64,000 nt of DNA from Phallusia mammillata (Eukaryota), in the NCBI GenBank assembly GCA_965637545.1, contig OZ281496.1, positions 14,012,001 to 14,076,000 of the forward strand, read 5' to 3'. Positions 1 to 10,818 of this stretch are shown here, piece after piece. The notes under the pieces were generated by a model. It saw nothing but the letters and a program-made list of their open reading frames with translations, was not told the DNA's origin and did no database searches. Position 1 is the stretch's first letter, and each line of letters opens with the position of its first letter. Both the position numbers and the translations under genes were made by a program.

Positions 1-2779
1 CAAGGCCTGGTGGAAATGAAGCAACAAAGCTGTTGTTTATAGAATCTGACAGTGATGATGACGATTTTAGAAAGGTAGTTTTGTATATGACAGTTAGTGT
101 TTTTCATTCGGTTAATTCGGCTATTTGGGTTGGTTTTGTTGAAAAAAATAAAAATGTTTGGCAGGATTACAAACATTCACTACCCTCGTGCACAAAACAA
201 AGAGGATCTAGGTATGTGCCAACCGCAGTAAAAGGAGGTAGAAGACGAACAAAACCAAAAACAATGTATTACACCCGAACTATAATTTGCATACCTGCAA
301 ATATAATGGAGCAAGTACAAAACAACTCGCACAACATTGCGTTTAAAATACCAAGAGGAAAAAACAGAAGTGAACTTGCTGCTATTGGGTTAGTTGCAAA
401 GATTTCAATAAGTAACAGCTGGTCTGAACAGGAAGTAAGATGAGAGATTTCAGATGTTTTCAAAAGTCAATTTACTCCATTTCAAACACCATTATTGTCA
501 AAAGATTTACTACAGTTTGATTATCTCAGCAATTTGCCTGGTTTGAAAGTACTTGTTAAGCCAAAAGTAAGTGAATCATTTAGATGGGATGCTGCTGCAG
601 TGCTTTCACTCGGTAAAAGCATTATTTACGTCACTGTACAAAAAGAACACCAACTTTTGAAATCCTCCATGAATCTTTTGACAGAAAAAACTGTTGAGGT
701 AATATGAGTATGTAAATGTCAAATTAACAATCATAAAACAATAGGGAATGACAATTTTATAAATTTATTGCAGAAAGGTGACAAAACATGTTCAAACATT
801 TCTTTGCATAAATATAATTCAGTTTTAGATGAAGATTTCAAGTGTGGGGTGAGCAAAACTTTCTAGTTAGATTTTCTAACATTTCAAATTATTTTTTATT
901 GCAAAAATATTTTGTGTTTACAGGAGTGCTCAAATACCAAACCTGGCACATGTCAGACACCTTCTTTGTACATGTAAGTGGACACTTAAATTTATCTCTT
1001 AATTTTTTGTGGTTATTTGTAATTACTAAAATTGACTTGCACACAACAAAATAACTTCAGGTATGTTTGTGTATTGGTTACCAAATTGCACTTATGTTGT
1101 TAGGGATTATGTAAACTTGATATCTGAGGAAATTGATGAGGACACTCTGATTCAAGAGGCAATTGAGGCTTCATTGCTAGAAACCCCAAACAAAGATAGG
1201 TACATGTTTCAGTGTTAGTTTTTTCGATGAGTTTGGAATTTGACACATGGTAGCAATATTTGGTACAAAGAAGGTTAATTAACTGTGTTTCTGAAGGTGC
1301 CAAGTTGAGGAATTATCTGCTCATGAGTCTATAAGGTGTATTAGAGACAGCATCGATGAAAGTCAAGTAAACTTCTTTAATGTCAATCGCCAAAATGTTC
1401 TGGACTGTGCTGTCCGTGCCATAAAGCGAAAAAGTTTTTGTGCTAATGCAAGAATGAGTGTGAAATTTAGTGATGATATTGGCCAGTCTGAGGGTGCTGT
1501 AGATGCAGGTGGACCTACCAGAGAATTTTTAAGATTAGTAATGCAAGCTGTGGCAAACAGCATAATATTTGAAGGAAATGAAACAGCAAAAATTCTCACA
1601 AGAAATGAAACAGGTACATAATAGTACATTAGATATACCTTAGTTCTACAGTTTGTTGATTAGCAAACAACTTTGTAAAATGTGTACTTTTGTTACGGTA
1701 TATTGAAGCAAATTAAGAATGAAAAATACTACCAAATTAATAGTTGTGTTTATTTTATAGCAATTGCCAAGGACCTGTATTATGTGTATGGGTGTATTAT
1801 CTCCCTTTCAATCATTCATGGTGGGCCTGCTCCACGCTTTTTTTCCCAGTTATTGTATGATCAAGTTCTTGATAGATCAAGAAATTTTTTGGACGCTCTT
1901 GCAACTATAAATGACCCTGTCTTGTTTTCCAAGTTAACAAAAGTAAGCGCTAATTCAATTGTATAGTATTTGTATGTTAAACTGTCAACTTTGTAAGATA
2001 AATTCAACTTGTCAACAGATCAAAAATACTGATACAGTAGAGGAATTAAATGTGGCATTGTCAGATATGGATGATTTCTTGTCTATTTGTGGTTCCATTA
2101 CATTTGTGAAGGACCTGTCATGCAAAAATGACATTGTTGAAAAAGCAATTAAATTTTATAAAGAGGATCGCCTTACCGAGTTATTGGCCAGGTATGGCTT
2201 AAAAGCAATGATTTATATTACTGAGACAGTAAGAGGTTTTTGTTTATTTCAAGGTTTAGACTTGGTCTAATGACACATAATTTGCTACATAAGGCAAAAT
2301 TGGCACCAAATGGATTTGAGGATATTTTTCTGTGGCAAAACAATAAACCATTGAGTGGCATAGAAATTGTTGACTCAATTTTCATCAATTTAAATCTATC
2401 AGAACCTGGAAGCAACGAAAGATGCCAGGAAAATCGGGCGGTTTCCTTCTGGAGGGATTACATACTGGATGTTGAAGGTATTCACATTCAGCACATTAGC
2501 ATACAACACATGACTTGTGTTTTGACTTTCATTTCAGATGGGGAATCCTTATGTTCAATAAAAGAAATTTTAATATTTGCAACTGGGGCAGATCAAGTGC
2601 CTCCTCTTGGTTTTTCTCCAACTCCATCCATTGAGTTCTCGAACGAGTCTATGTACCCTTTGGCAAACACTTGTGCGAACATATTGACTGTACCCACAAG
2701 ATACAGCAAGTATGAAAACTTCAAAGAAGCAATGGATTTTGCAATCCTGAATTCCCCGGATTTGGTGTTGCTTAACTGA
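1..2779 (+). pseudogene. Multi-exon G2E3-like HECT E3 ubiquitin ligase gene with a UIM, probable cargo of the IS3EU-like transposon; 5' end is outside the window
   Basis: Exons joined at GT-AG introns give UIM-like DEDTLIQEAIEASLLE (~1137-1185), HECT N-lobe EGAVDAGGPTREF (~1490-1530), SIIHGGPAPRFFS (~1808-1846) and C-lobe FATGADQVPPLGF...PLANTCANIL with the catalytic Cys. Lesions: in-frame TGA at 441-443 (a GTAAGA donor just before it might skip it) and a 1-nt shift at ~2757 that hides the usual GFGVA* end. Confidence 0.85.
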
Positions 2780-2984
2780 AATATAACACAAATCTACCCT
2801 GATATTTTGGATCCTTTGAAATGGCTAGTTGGGTGTTCTTTTGTTTTTGATCTTTTTTAGCCAGTGCTTTTCTGGTCACTACCTGGATTTAAACCCGAAA
2901 TAAATGACATCTTGCTGGCACATTTTTGTATTGTTTTCAAAACATGCAAATCAAAAAACTGTTACATTAGTTCATGCATCAAAT

Positions 2985-4338
2985 TTACACTACCAAAGCA
3001 TTGTGTTGTGTCCGGATTAAATATTCCAACGTTTTATTGACTGCATTTTTATACAAAATAATTCCATCTAGATTAGAGTTTTGCTGCAATAGGTCCTGTA
3101 GCTCACTCACACATTCATGTGGTAAATGGGGAATAGCGTCTACTTCAACAGAACTTGTACCTGGGCATACAATATCCTCACTATCTATTTTACCAGTATC
3201 GTTTAAAGTTTGCAGTTGAAGTAAATGTAAGTTAAGATGAAACAACTGTTCAGGAGTGCAATTTTTTTCAGTGGAAAGACTGTGCTTGTTCCAAGCATTA
3301 ACAAACTCCTGGATTCGCTTATTAATGATGTGGCAAAACACAAAATGTAAACAAAACAAATCTGTATCATTTGTTGGGTCAAGCAAATTACTTTCTTCAA
3401 GAAAGAAAAAGTCATTGTAAAATTTATTTACAACTTGTGTGTTTATATCACGGTTGAACCTTTCAATGCGCTGGTTATGGACAGAGCTTCCAGTAATAAC
3501 TGCATGATAGTTCTGATGCTTTTCTAGCATGTAATTCCACACTTGCACATTTTCTCCTCCATAGTCGGATCGAACATGTAATGGTAAACCATATTTTGCT
3601 TCAGCTTCCTTAAACAATTTTAACACTACAGATGATCTGTTATTGGTTGAACAGTGGCAGAATGTAATGAGACGACTAAAGCCATCCATAGCTGCATGTA
3701 TGACAAATTTCCATCTTATGAGCTTATGTGTTCCATCTATGTGCCAAATATAATTAGGACACGGAACAGTGTAGGTCCTTCTGCTTATTGTAGTCAGCTG
3801 TCTTGCATGGATCCCCTCGCCATCAACTCGGTGAAGACTCTGACGCAATCTTTTTCTTTGGATACGTATACCCTGTGATTGAAGATGACCCTTCATCATT
3901 GCCTCTCCAGCTGCTGGGTGGTTTTGTTTTATGTTGCGGACTACATCATCCAACTCATTATTGGTCAACGAACTGCAAAATAAATACCCGACCTTGAGAA
4001 AATGTACTTTTTGAACCTGTGTATACACATTGATCAGATACAGTATACTCATTTAGAACCAAAACAAAGTTCATGATATACCTGTACTGATTAATATCCA
4101 CATCGTTTTCTCTCATAACCCTTTTTAGGGTTGGTCGGGAAATTTCCAAGATTTTTGCAATTTTTGTAATTGAGACTTTAAGTTGCAAAAGTTCCAACAA
4201 CCTGTCCATCGGAACTTGCTTTTTTGGCCTTCCCTTGAAGTAGAATAAAGAAAATAAAAAAATGCTCTTGCATGGATGTTACCAAACTAACCATAATAAA
4301 ACACATGCAGGTCCGCCTCTACGACGTCCACGTTCCAT
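2985..4338 (-). CDS. IS3/IS481-like (IS3EU-type) DDE transposase, 3 exons (about 4338-4305, 4233-4082, 3972-2985)
   Basis: N-terminal HTH (GRPKKQVPMDRLLELLQLKVSITKIAKILEISRPTL) and rve-type triad WHIDGTHKL / VRSDYGGEN / HNQRIERFNRD. The long last exon is open to the stop at 2985-2987. GT/AG sites join exons 2 and 3 in frame (QYS-SLTNNELD). The exon 1 boundary is uncertain. Confidence 0.85.
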
Positions 4339-4581
4339 ATTTCTGGTTTTGGAACCGAGATTATCCACACCGTTCGTTCATTGCATTGCTAATGTTTAAC
4401 TGTATTTACCTCTCCTAACCTAATTGATTGCAATTAAATAATATGTTACAGTTGTCAACTAACAGCAGATTTCTGACCGGTTGCGAATTAGACAAACCCC
4501 GAAACGTTGCATGTAATTTAAGTCCTTACACCCCGTTGGTTATTATGGTCCGGTCCATCACTCAGTTCGTCATGGTTCAGT

Positions 4582-4877
4582 GCTAAATCGGAATGGCATT
4601 CCCGTTCTGATTTAGCTAAATCGGAATGGCATTCCCGTTCTGATTTAGCTAAATCGGAACGGAAATTTTATTCCTCTTCTGATTTAGCTAAATCGGAATG
4701 GCATTCCCGTTCTGAAATAGCTAAAACGGAACGGAAATGTTATTCCCGTTCTGATTTAACTAAATCGAAATGAAAATGACATTCCCGTTCTGATATAGCT
4801 AAATCGGAATGGAACTGTTATTCCCGTTCTGATATAGCTAAATCGGAATGGCATTCCCATTCTGATATAGCTAAATC
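4582..4877. repeat. Minisatellite of about 8.5 palindromic units, 33 or 39 bp each
   Basis: The unit GCTAAATCGGAATGGCATTCCCGTTCTGATTTA is exact at 4582-4614 and 4615-4647; variants carry a 6-bp insert. Unit junctions form the palindrome GATTTAGCTAAATC, and 33-bp units contain the hairpin GGAATG-G-CATTCC. Confidence 0.95.
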
Positions 4878-5085
4878 AAAATGACGTGGTTCTTTACACA
4901 TGCATATTTTTACAAAGGGCTTCATTATTTGGGCAAAAAAGGCTTTTTAGAAATGTCATTGATATTTTTACAAACGGCGCCCCATAGACGGGAAGGTATT
5001 GTTTCAATGAAATACTGTGCGCTCTTACAGAAAGTTTTAGTTAAATGTCAGGGTTCAAAACTACACATTAAAACACACATTAGGG

Positions 5086-5354
5086 CAGTGGTTCTAAACA
5101 CGTTTCAGGCCATGGACCACAGCCCCAGTCATAATAATATCGTGGACCATTTTCTTTTTAGCAAGATCGAAGTATGCATATAAAACTACTATTTGGACTT
5201 GAAACATAATTGTTTAAAACCGATTCTCAAGAAGTAAGATACAATAACATTTTGATACGCTTTCAGCATGTAATCATCTCTAGTATATCACCAAATTTAG
5301 TGGACGTCCTGTAGACGATCCAAACACTCATGCACCACCAATTGAGAACCACTG
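5086..5354. mobile_element. hAT-type MITE
   Basis: TIRs CAGTGGTTCTAAA / TTGAGAACCACTG; 8-bp TSD CATTAGGG / CATTATGG (1 mismatch). Confidence 0.85.
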
Positions 5355-6167
5355 CATTATGGGATTGTTAGAGACTGTATTCAAGCCAGAACTTTTTTCC
5401 AAAAGTTACGGACTATTGGTTAGACAAGACTTGAAAATTGTCTCCCGTGCGATGTGTAATAAGTGCTGTTAGTGATCACACACATTACGAATGCCAGTGT
5501 TGTTGTGACTAAGTTGATACGACTGTTCTATTAACCATCATTCTTGCACAGTTGTAAACCACATTATTTTTCTGTAGAAGCACAGCCCTCGCATATTTGG
5601 CTATATACAAACTTATCAGATCGGCCACATGACAACTAACAATGCCACGTCGCTTTCAGGTGTATCGCTCGCTTCAGAACAGGATGTAGGTAGTAATGTC
5701 GTAAAACTAAATCGTCCAAATCTTTGTAATGTTGACTGGTACTGTGTATGAAAATATCGAAGTTTTAACCTGGAGGAAGACAGGCACAGTCAAACTATTT
5801 CCAGTTTGTGGAGGCAATTTTTTTCCTTGCGATAAAACAGACGCAAAACATTTTTTAACACCTTATCAGTTTTCTTGCACCCCTGTCTTTAAACACAGAA
5901 GATAGCAATGGCAAAAGAAACTCGGAGACTAAAAGGGTGCCTGTTGTTTTCGCACCACCTGTTTCTGCACCCGATTTTTTTACAAATCACACTTATTCAA
6001 CATCAGATGTAGTGAATGTTAGCAAACATGCAGAGTCAAAAACTATTGTTCAGGCTGTAAACATTGGGACCGTAGCAGAATAATATTTACATTTTTTTAC
6101 TTTTTGAGGTATAAGCAGCTATATAGCGACCTAAAGGTTGATTGTTCAAAAAGTTTGCAGGATCATA

Positions 6168-6950
6168 ATGGCAAACTTGGAAGGTTTCTCTTCTTTGAAA
6201 TATAAACGTCATTCTGACAATAAAAACTCAACGCGACGCTTTAAATCTCAACTGATCTTAAAAGAACATATTGGAGAAGCTGATCAGTTCGAACGACCAC
6301 AGTTGTTTCACACAGTAAAGAAAACTCACAGATGTGATGTTTGTGAGAAAGTATTTGGGAGCTACGGAAAATTGAAGAGACACATGTTAACTCACACCAA
6401 AGAGAAACCCTATAGATGTGATGTTTGTGAGAAAGTATTTGGACTCTATGGAAATTTGAAGAGACATTTATTGATCCACAGTAACGAAAGACCGCATGAA
6501 TGTAACATTTGTAAAAAACGATTTAATCGCCGCGAAAATTTAAAAACGCACATATTGACTCACACGCATGAGAAACGCCACCGATGTGATATATGTGAAA
6601 AGGCATTTATCACGGGCGGGTTGTTAAAAAAACACATGTTGACCCACACCAATGTCAAAGAGCATCATTGCGACATTTGCAAGAATAGATTCAGGCGCAG
6701 TGGCGATTTGAAAAAACACATGGTGACTCACACCAACGAAAAACACTATCGATGTAATGTCTGCGAGAAAAGATTTGGCTGGAGCGGAAATTTGAAAAGG
6801 CACCTGTTGACACACACGAAAGAGAAACTCCACCATTGTGAGGTTTGTGAGAATCGATTCTGTCGTAGAGATGCTTTAAAAATTCACATGCTGACTCACA
6901 CCAAAGAAAACAACGGTAATGTGGTCAATGTGGAAAAGGACAATAAGTAA
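6168..6950 (+). CDS. C2H2 zinc-finger protein, 7 tandem fingers, no recognisable effector domain
   Basis: Seven C-x2-C-x12-H-x3-H repeats with non-canonical linkers (TKEKPY, SNERPH, TNEKHY). The ATG at 6168 lies 7 nt after a TTTGCAG acceptor-like site. Confidence 0.9.
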   Translation: MANLEGFSSLKYKRHSDNKNSTRRFKSQLILKEHIGEADQFERPQLFHTVKKTHRCDVCEKVFGSYGKLKRHMLTHTKEKPYRCDVCEKVFGLYGNLKRHLLIHSNERPHECNICKKRFNRRENLKTHILTHTHEKRHRCDICEKAFITGGLLKKHMLTHTNVKEHHCDICKNRFRRSGDLKKHMVTHTNEKHYRCNVCEKRFGWSGNLKRHLLTHTKEKLHHCEVCENRFCRRDALKIHMLTHTKENNGNVVNVEKDNK

Positions 6951-7621
6951 AAAAAACATACTTTTATCCACTTATATGTTATAGTTAGTAATAAACTACT
7001 TGTGTTTTTTTGCGGTATTATAATTTGAAGCATTACGTTCAATTAATTTTGGAGCCTTATTTGTATTGTTTTGTTTAATAGTAGTCCCTGCAATTAAAAT
7101 ATGTTGGTGGAGAGTGTAAAATTAGAACATGTCCGGGCACATTTGCGAACAATCCAATGCGGCACAGTTGTGTTTTGTATTTCTCCTTGTTTACCGACTG
7201 TTGTTGCTGTTTTTCGTTTGGTTGTTAAAGTTAATGATGTTCTTGTTCATGTTTACTCGTCACCTGTTCATGTGGTTTTCTCCTTTTATGGTTAATTTTT
7301 GTGGAAAATTTCAAGAAACCAAATTGCACATCTAAATCTATTTTCCAAAAGGATACATTACAGTCAGAACATACGAAAACACCCGTGTAAAATAAAATAG
7401 ACTATTGTGAAAATTGTACCTTTTCATTTAAATGATTACGTTAGGTTTGTAGGCTTATTGTGACGACGTTATTAACGACTAAGATAAAGTTGTTTGAATC
7501 TGTCAGTCAGTCAAATTTTATTTGCATAGTCACTTCATCATCATCACAGTTCCATTGTTGAACGGATACGTAAACAGCAAGGACACCGAAAAAAACGTAG
7601 TTTATCGAGTCAAGTGTCCTG

Positions 7622-7873
7622 TTATTTGAATTGTGGTTGAATTCCGTTGTGGGTATGTTCTGCCGTAGGATCGCAACCGACCGCACGAGCCTGGCGGGGT
7701 ACGTCCGGTTGCATAAGACGGTAGTTGAACCCGCAGATTCTGCTGGCCAAATGAAACCCGCCTAAACGGAAACACCAGCTCGGTTCCTCGGAACGTTTCC
7801 TGTGATCCTGTAGGCAGACCCGGGTGTCCCGAGGACAGTTCGTTGCGACGATGAGAATGTTGCCGTCGAGCAT
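7622..7873 (-). CDS. Hypothetical 83-aa ORF in the LINE 3' region
   Basis: GC-richer block 7560-7963, preceded on the minus strand by a strong acceptor T11-CAG (7977-7964). The first ATG downstream opens this ORF. No recognisable domain. Confidence 0.3.
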   Translation of the reverse strand: MLDGNILIVATNCPRDTRVCLQDHRKRSEEPSWCFRLGGFHLASRICGFNYRLMQPDVPRQARAVGCDPTAEHTHNGIQPQFK

Positions 7874-8612
7874 CTCCTCCTCTGCTTTTGTAAGATCGAT
7901 GACGAGATTTCAGATGTTGTTCGCTAGGAAGGTGCTGCACTGTCTTCGACCCGGATGGCTGATCTGAAAAAAAAAAACTAAATCCTACGGCAGTATTTTG
8001 TTCTTTTGTATGTGACTAAGTTAAGTTTTCCAGTTTAATGATATAATAGTATGGAATAAAAAAAAAAAAGTAAAATCACACTAAGATAAAACTGAAACAC
8101 ACACAAAAAAAAACACAAAAGGAAAAAAATAGTGAAAACTGGGGTAGTTATAACATAGAAGAACAAGCTCTATTATGTGTATTCTGGGGTGAGCGAGGAC
8201 CCGGAAGTGAATTAATTGTTGAGAGGTCGTATTTCCTTAATAAATGTAAGCGAAGCTGTTTTTTAAGAGGACAAGCGTGACAGAGACTTGATATCGTGTG
8301 GTAATTCTTGCCATACTTTTGGACCTCGATGACAAATTGATCTTGTGCCGAACGCGGTGTTTACGCGTGGATGAAAGTAGTTCTGGTTTTCAGCCCTTCT
8401 GGTGTTGTGATGGTGCAATGACGCAATAGGTGTGAACAGGGAGTTGTATGTGGAAGGTGTACCAGTACGAAACGCATGTAATAGTTTGGCTAACTAAAGT
8501 TTGTAAATGTCTTCAAATTTTAGAAGACGCAAGTCGTGATATAGTGGAGTAGCGCGACATCGGTAAGGGCTGCGAGTAATAGCTCGCAAAATTTTATTAT
8601 GTTTGATGTTAA

Positions 8613-9312
8613 TGTTACCGTAATTTTTGCGTTATGTTATCACCTTGTTTTACGTTAGCCACCACCGTTGTACTGTCTTGTACTGTCGGTTTATTAAGTT
8701 TGTTTTCTGTGTATGTGCTTATTTTCCTAAAACGGAAGTTATTACCTTAATTTCACGATGTGTTTTTCATGTTTTTTACTTAATCGCATTCACATCTGTT
8801 TGTTTAGTTCACGTTTATCTTTTAACTGTTCGATTGCTTCCCTGTGCATTGTTTTCATTTATACGGGAATTTAACCCACGGCACACCTTGTGTTCACTGC
8901 ACCTTGCTTTAACTCCTCCCCTGCCGTTGCCTTTCGCAGCATTCCGGCTACAATCCCAGGTGTACCTTCTAAAGTAAGCCGCTAGGGCGATGATAATTGA
9001 CCGGTGCGTTTCGACCACGTGACTTGTTGGTTTCCTTGCTTCTTTTACTAGTTTTGTTGCGATCCCTTTTTCGAGTGTTTTGCAGTCCTTTTGCGGGCCA
9101 CGTGTGGTTACAGGGGTTCTTCCCCGGCTGTCGTACTGTTAACTTGTGTTCGTTTTTGTGCAGCGCAGTGACTTGGCCAATATTGTAGAATTTTATATAG
9201 TGTTTTTAAATAAAGACAGCAGTGCTCGAACGCGTCTAAACTAGGGTTTTTCGTGACTAGCCGTTAGTGCAGTGTTCGAGGGCTTTTGGCAACCATTAAA
9301 TTGGGCGCCACA
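8613..9312 (+). repeat. 5' LTR (700 bp)
   Basis: Differs from 10819-11508 by an extra 10-bp tandem copy of TTGTACTGTC and 3 substitutions that I could see. Confidence 0.97.
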
Positions 9313-9386
9313 CAAAATTGGACACTGCAGTCACGCAGGCGCGTTCATATCACAGGGGAAGGGCTACGGTTTTTGTTGGTTTTATT

Positions 9387-10691
9387 ATGTCTTTTAATTT
9401 GAGTATGTCGCCTCCGTATTTTAAATGCGGTGACAATTTTAATACTTTTCTTATGCTTTTTAACTCATATTGCGCAAGTGTCAAGGCTACAGACGACGTC
9501 AAACGCCATTTGTTTTTAACCCACGTCGATAAAGACTATTTGTGGGACCTTAGCAGAGGAACAGGCGACGTGTACCAATTATCTTTTGAAGAACTTGTGA
9601 CAAAGGCAAAAGCCTGGGGAAACAGCCATGCGAATTTAGCAGCATTGCGTAATGAACTCCTAGATCGTGCACAAGGGCCTCAGGAAGGAGGGCGTGCGTT
9701 CGTTTATGCCTTGCAGTCACTTGGTGAGCGCGCATATTCCGCCGAGGTGGAAGCTGCGATTAAAAATGAGGTCTTGTTTTTGGCTTTGTTGCGCGGCCTT
9801 CGTGACCGCCAGCTTGCGGCCTCTTTAGGGCGTGAAATTGTTCAACGCGACTTTTGCACCGCAGCCAGCAGAGTTGCCGATATGGACGCCCGACCCCATA
9901 TCCTTCCAGTTACGACGCTTCAAGGCCCAACGGAAAGGCAAGAAGTAAAGGAGATGCTGTCCAAGATGGGCGAACACTTACAGCAGTCCGTCTGTATGCT
10001 TCGATGTGAACTTAACGAGGTACGGGCAGAAGTTGCAAGGATATGCTATCAAGATCATCGTCTGACGGCATATGACAGGCACCGTCCGGCCTTTCGTCCA
10101 GCGAGTAAGTCAGTGCGAAAATGCTTTATTTGTAACGCTGAAAGACATTTGGCGAGAAATTGCAAAGCGAATACACGTAGGCAGCAGCCGTCTATACATT
10201 TCGGGGACGCACCACAAGATTTCAGTAGAACCAGAGTGGTGAGGAACGTTCAGTGGAGTGGTCAGGAACGTTCAAAACACGGAGACTCTACACATCAACC
10301 GGGCGTTCGTGTAGATCGGCTCATTACCCCACAAAAGATGCGACATGATGCGATTTCGGCTCTACATAACCCACCTCACGGCGGTGGACACCTTGGAGTG
10401 GCCAAAACGCGTTCCAAAGTTGGCGATCGGCACTTTTGGCCAGTGTGGCCTGTGGAAGTTGAAGCCTACGTTCGGAGCTGTACAAAATGTGAAAGAAGTA
10501 AGAAGTTCAATGCTCGGCCCAGGGCGCCTTCAGGCGAACTAAAGCCGATGGAACGCTTGGAAATTGATATCCTGGAACCTTTACCTCTGTCGGTGGCTGA
10601 CAGTACACGGTGTCCCCGATATATAAATGTTGCGACCCGTCCCGAAACGAGGCCCCAACATTACAGCGGCAGCCACGAGACGAAGGCGTAA
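9387..10691 (+). CDS. Gag (CCHC knuckle) fused in frame to the integrase N-terminal HHCC domain; protease, RT and RNase H absent
   Basis: Open 434 codons from ATG 9387. Contains CFICNAERHLARNC, then LHNPPHGGGHLGVAKT...FWP...VRSCTKC, then the start of the core (MERLEIDILEPLP). No DSG protease or YxDD motif. Confidence 0.88.
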   Translation: MSFNLSMSPPYFKCGDNFNTFLMLFNSYCASVKATDDVKRHLFLTHVDKDYLWDLSRGTGDVYQLSFEELVTKAKAWGNSHANLAALRNELLDRAQGPQEGGRAFVYALQSLGERAYSAEVEAAIKNEVLFLALLRGLRDRQLAASLGREIVQRDFCTAASRVADMDARPHILPVTTLQGPTERQEVKEMLSKMGEHLQQSVCMLRCELNEVRAEVARICYQDHRLTAYDRHRPAFRPASKSVRKCFICNAERHLARNCKANTRRQQPSIHFGDAPQDFSRTRVVRNVQWSGQERSKHGDSTHQPGVRVDRLITPQKMRHDAISALHNPPHGGGHLGVAKTRSKVGDRHFWPVWPVEVEAYVRSCTKCERSKKFNARPRAPSGELKPMERLEIDILEPLPLSVADSTRCPRYINVATRPETRPQHYSGSHETKA

Positions 10692-10818
10692 ATCTCCCTC
10701 TCGAAGGTAGAAACTTTGATGTATCGCTAACCGCCTTAGGGTAAATCGGCGGCGACCGAAGTACTTTGCAGATCTGTAACGGGTTGCACAGGAGTGCAAC
10801 GAGATAGGGTGGGGGGTG

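Larger units (their letters stand above)
1..4900. mobile_element. IS3EU-like two-gene DNA transposon (convergent transposase and HECT genes); left end outside the window
   Basis: Two convergent genes ~205 bp apart, followed by a subterminal repeat array. A candidate terminus TGTGTAAAG (minus strand) ends at 4900 and fits the TG..CA ends of IS3 relatives, but it cannot be confirmed without the other end. Confidence 0.6.

Noticed and set aside
4582-4877. CRISPR array
   Set aside because: Units are contiguous with no unique spacers, no cas genes are present, and the context is intron-containing eukaryotic DNA.
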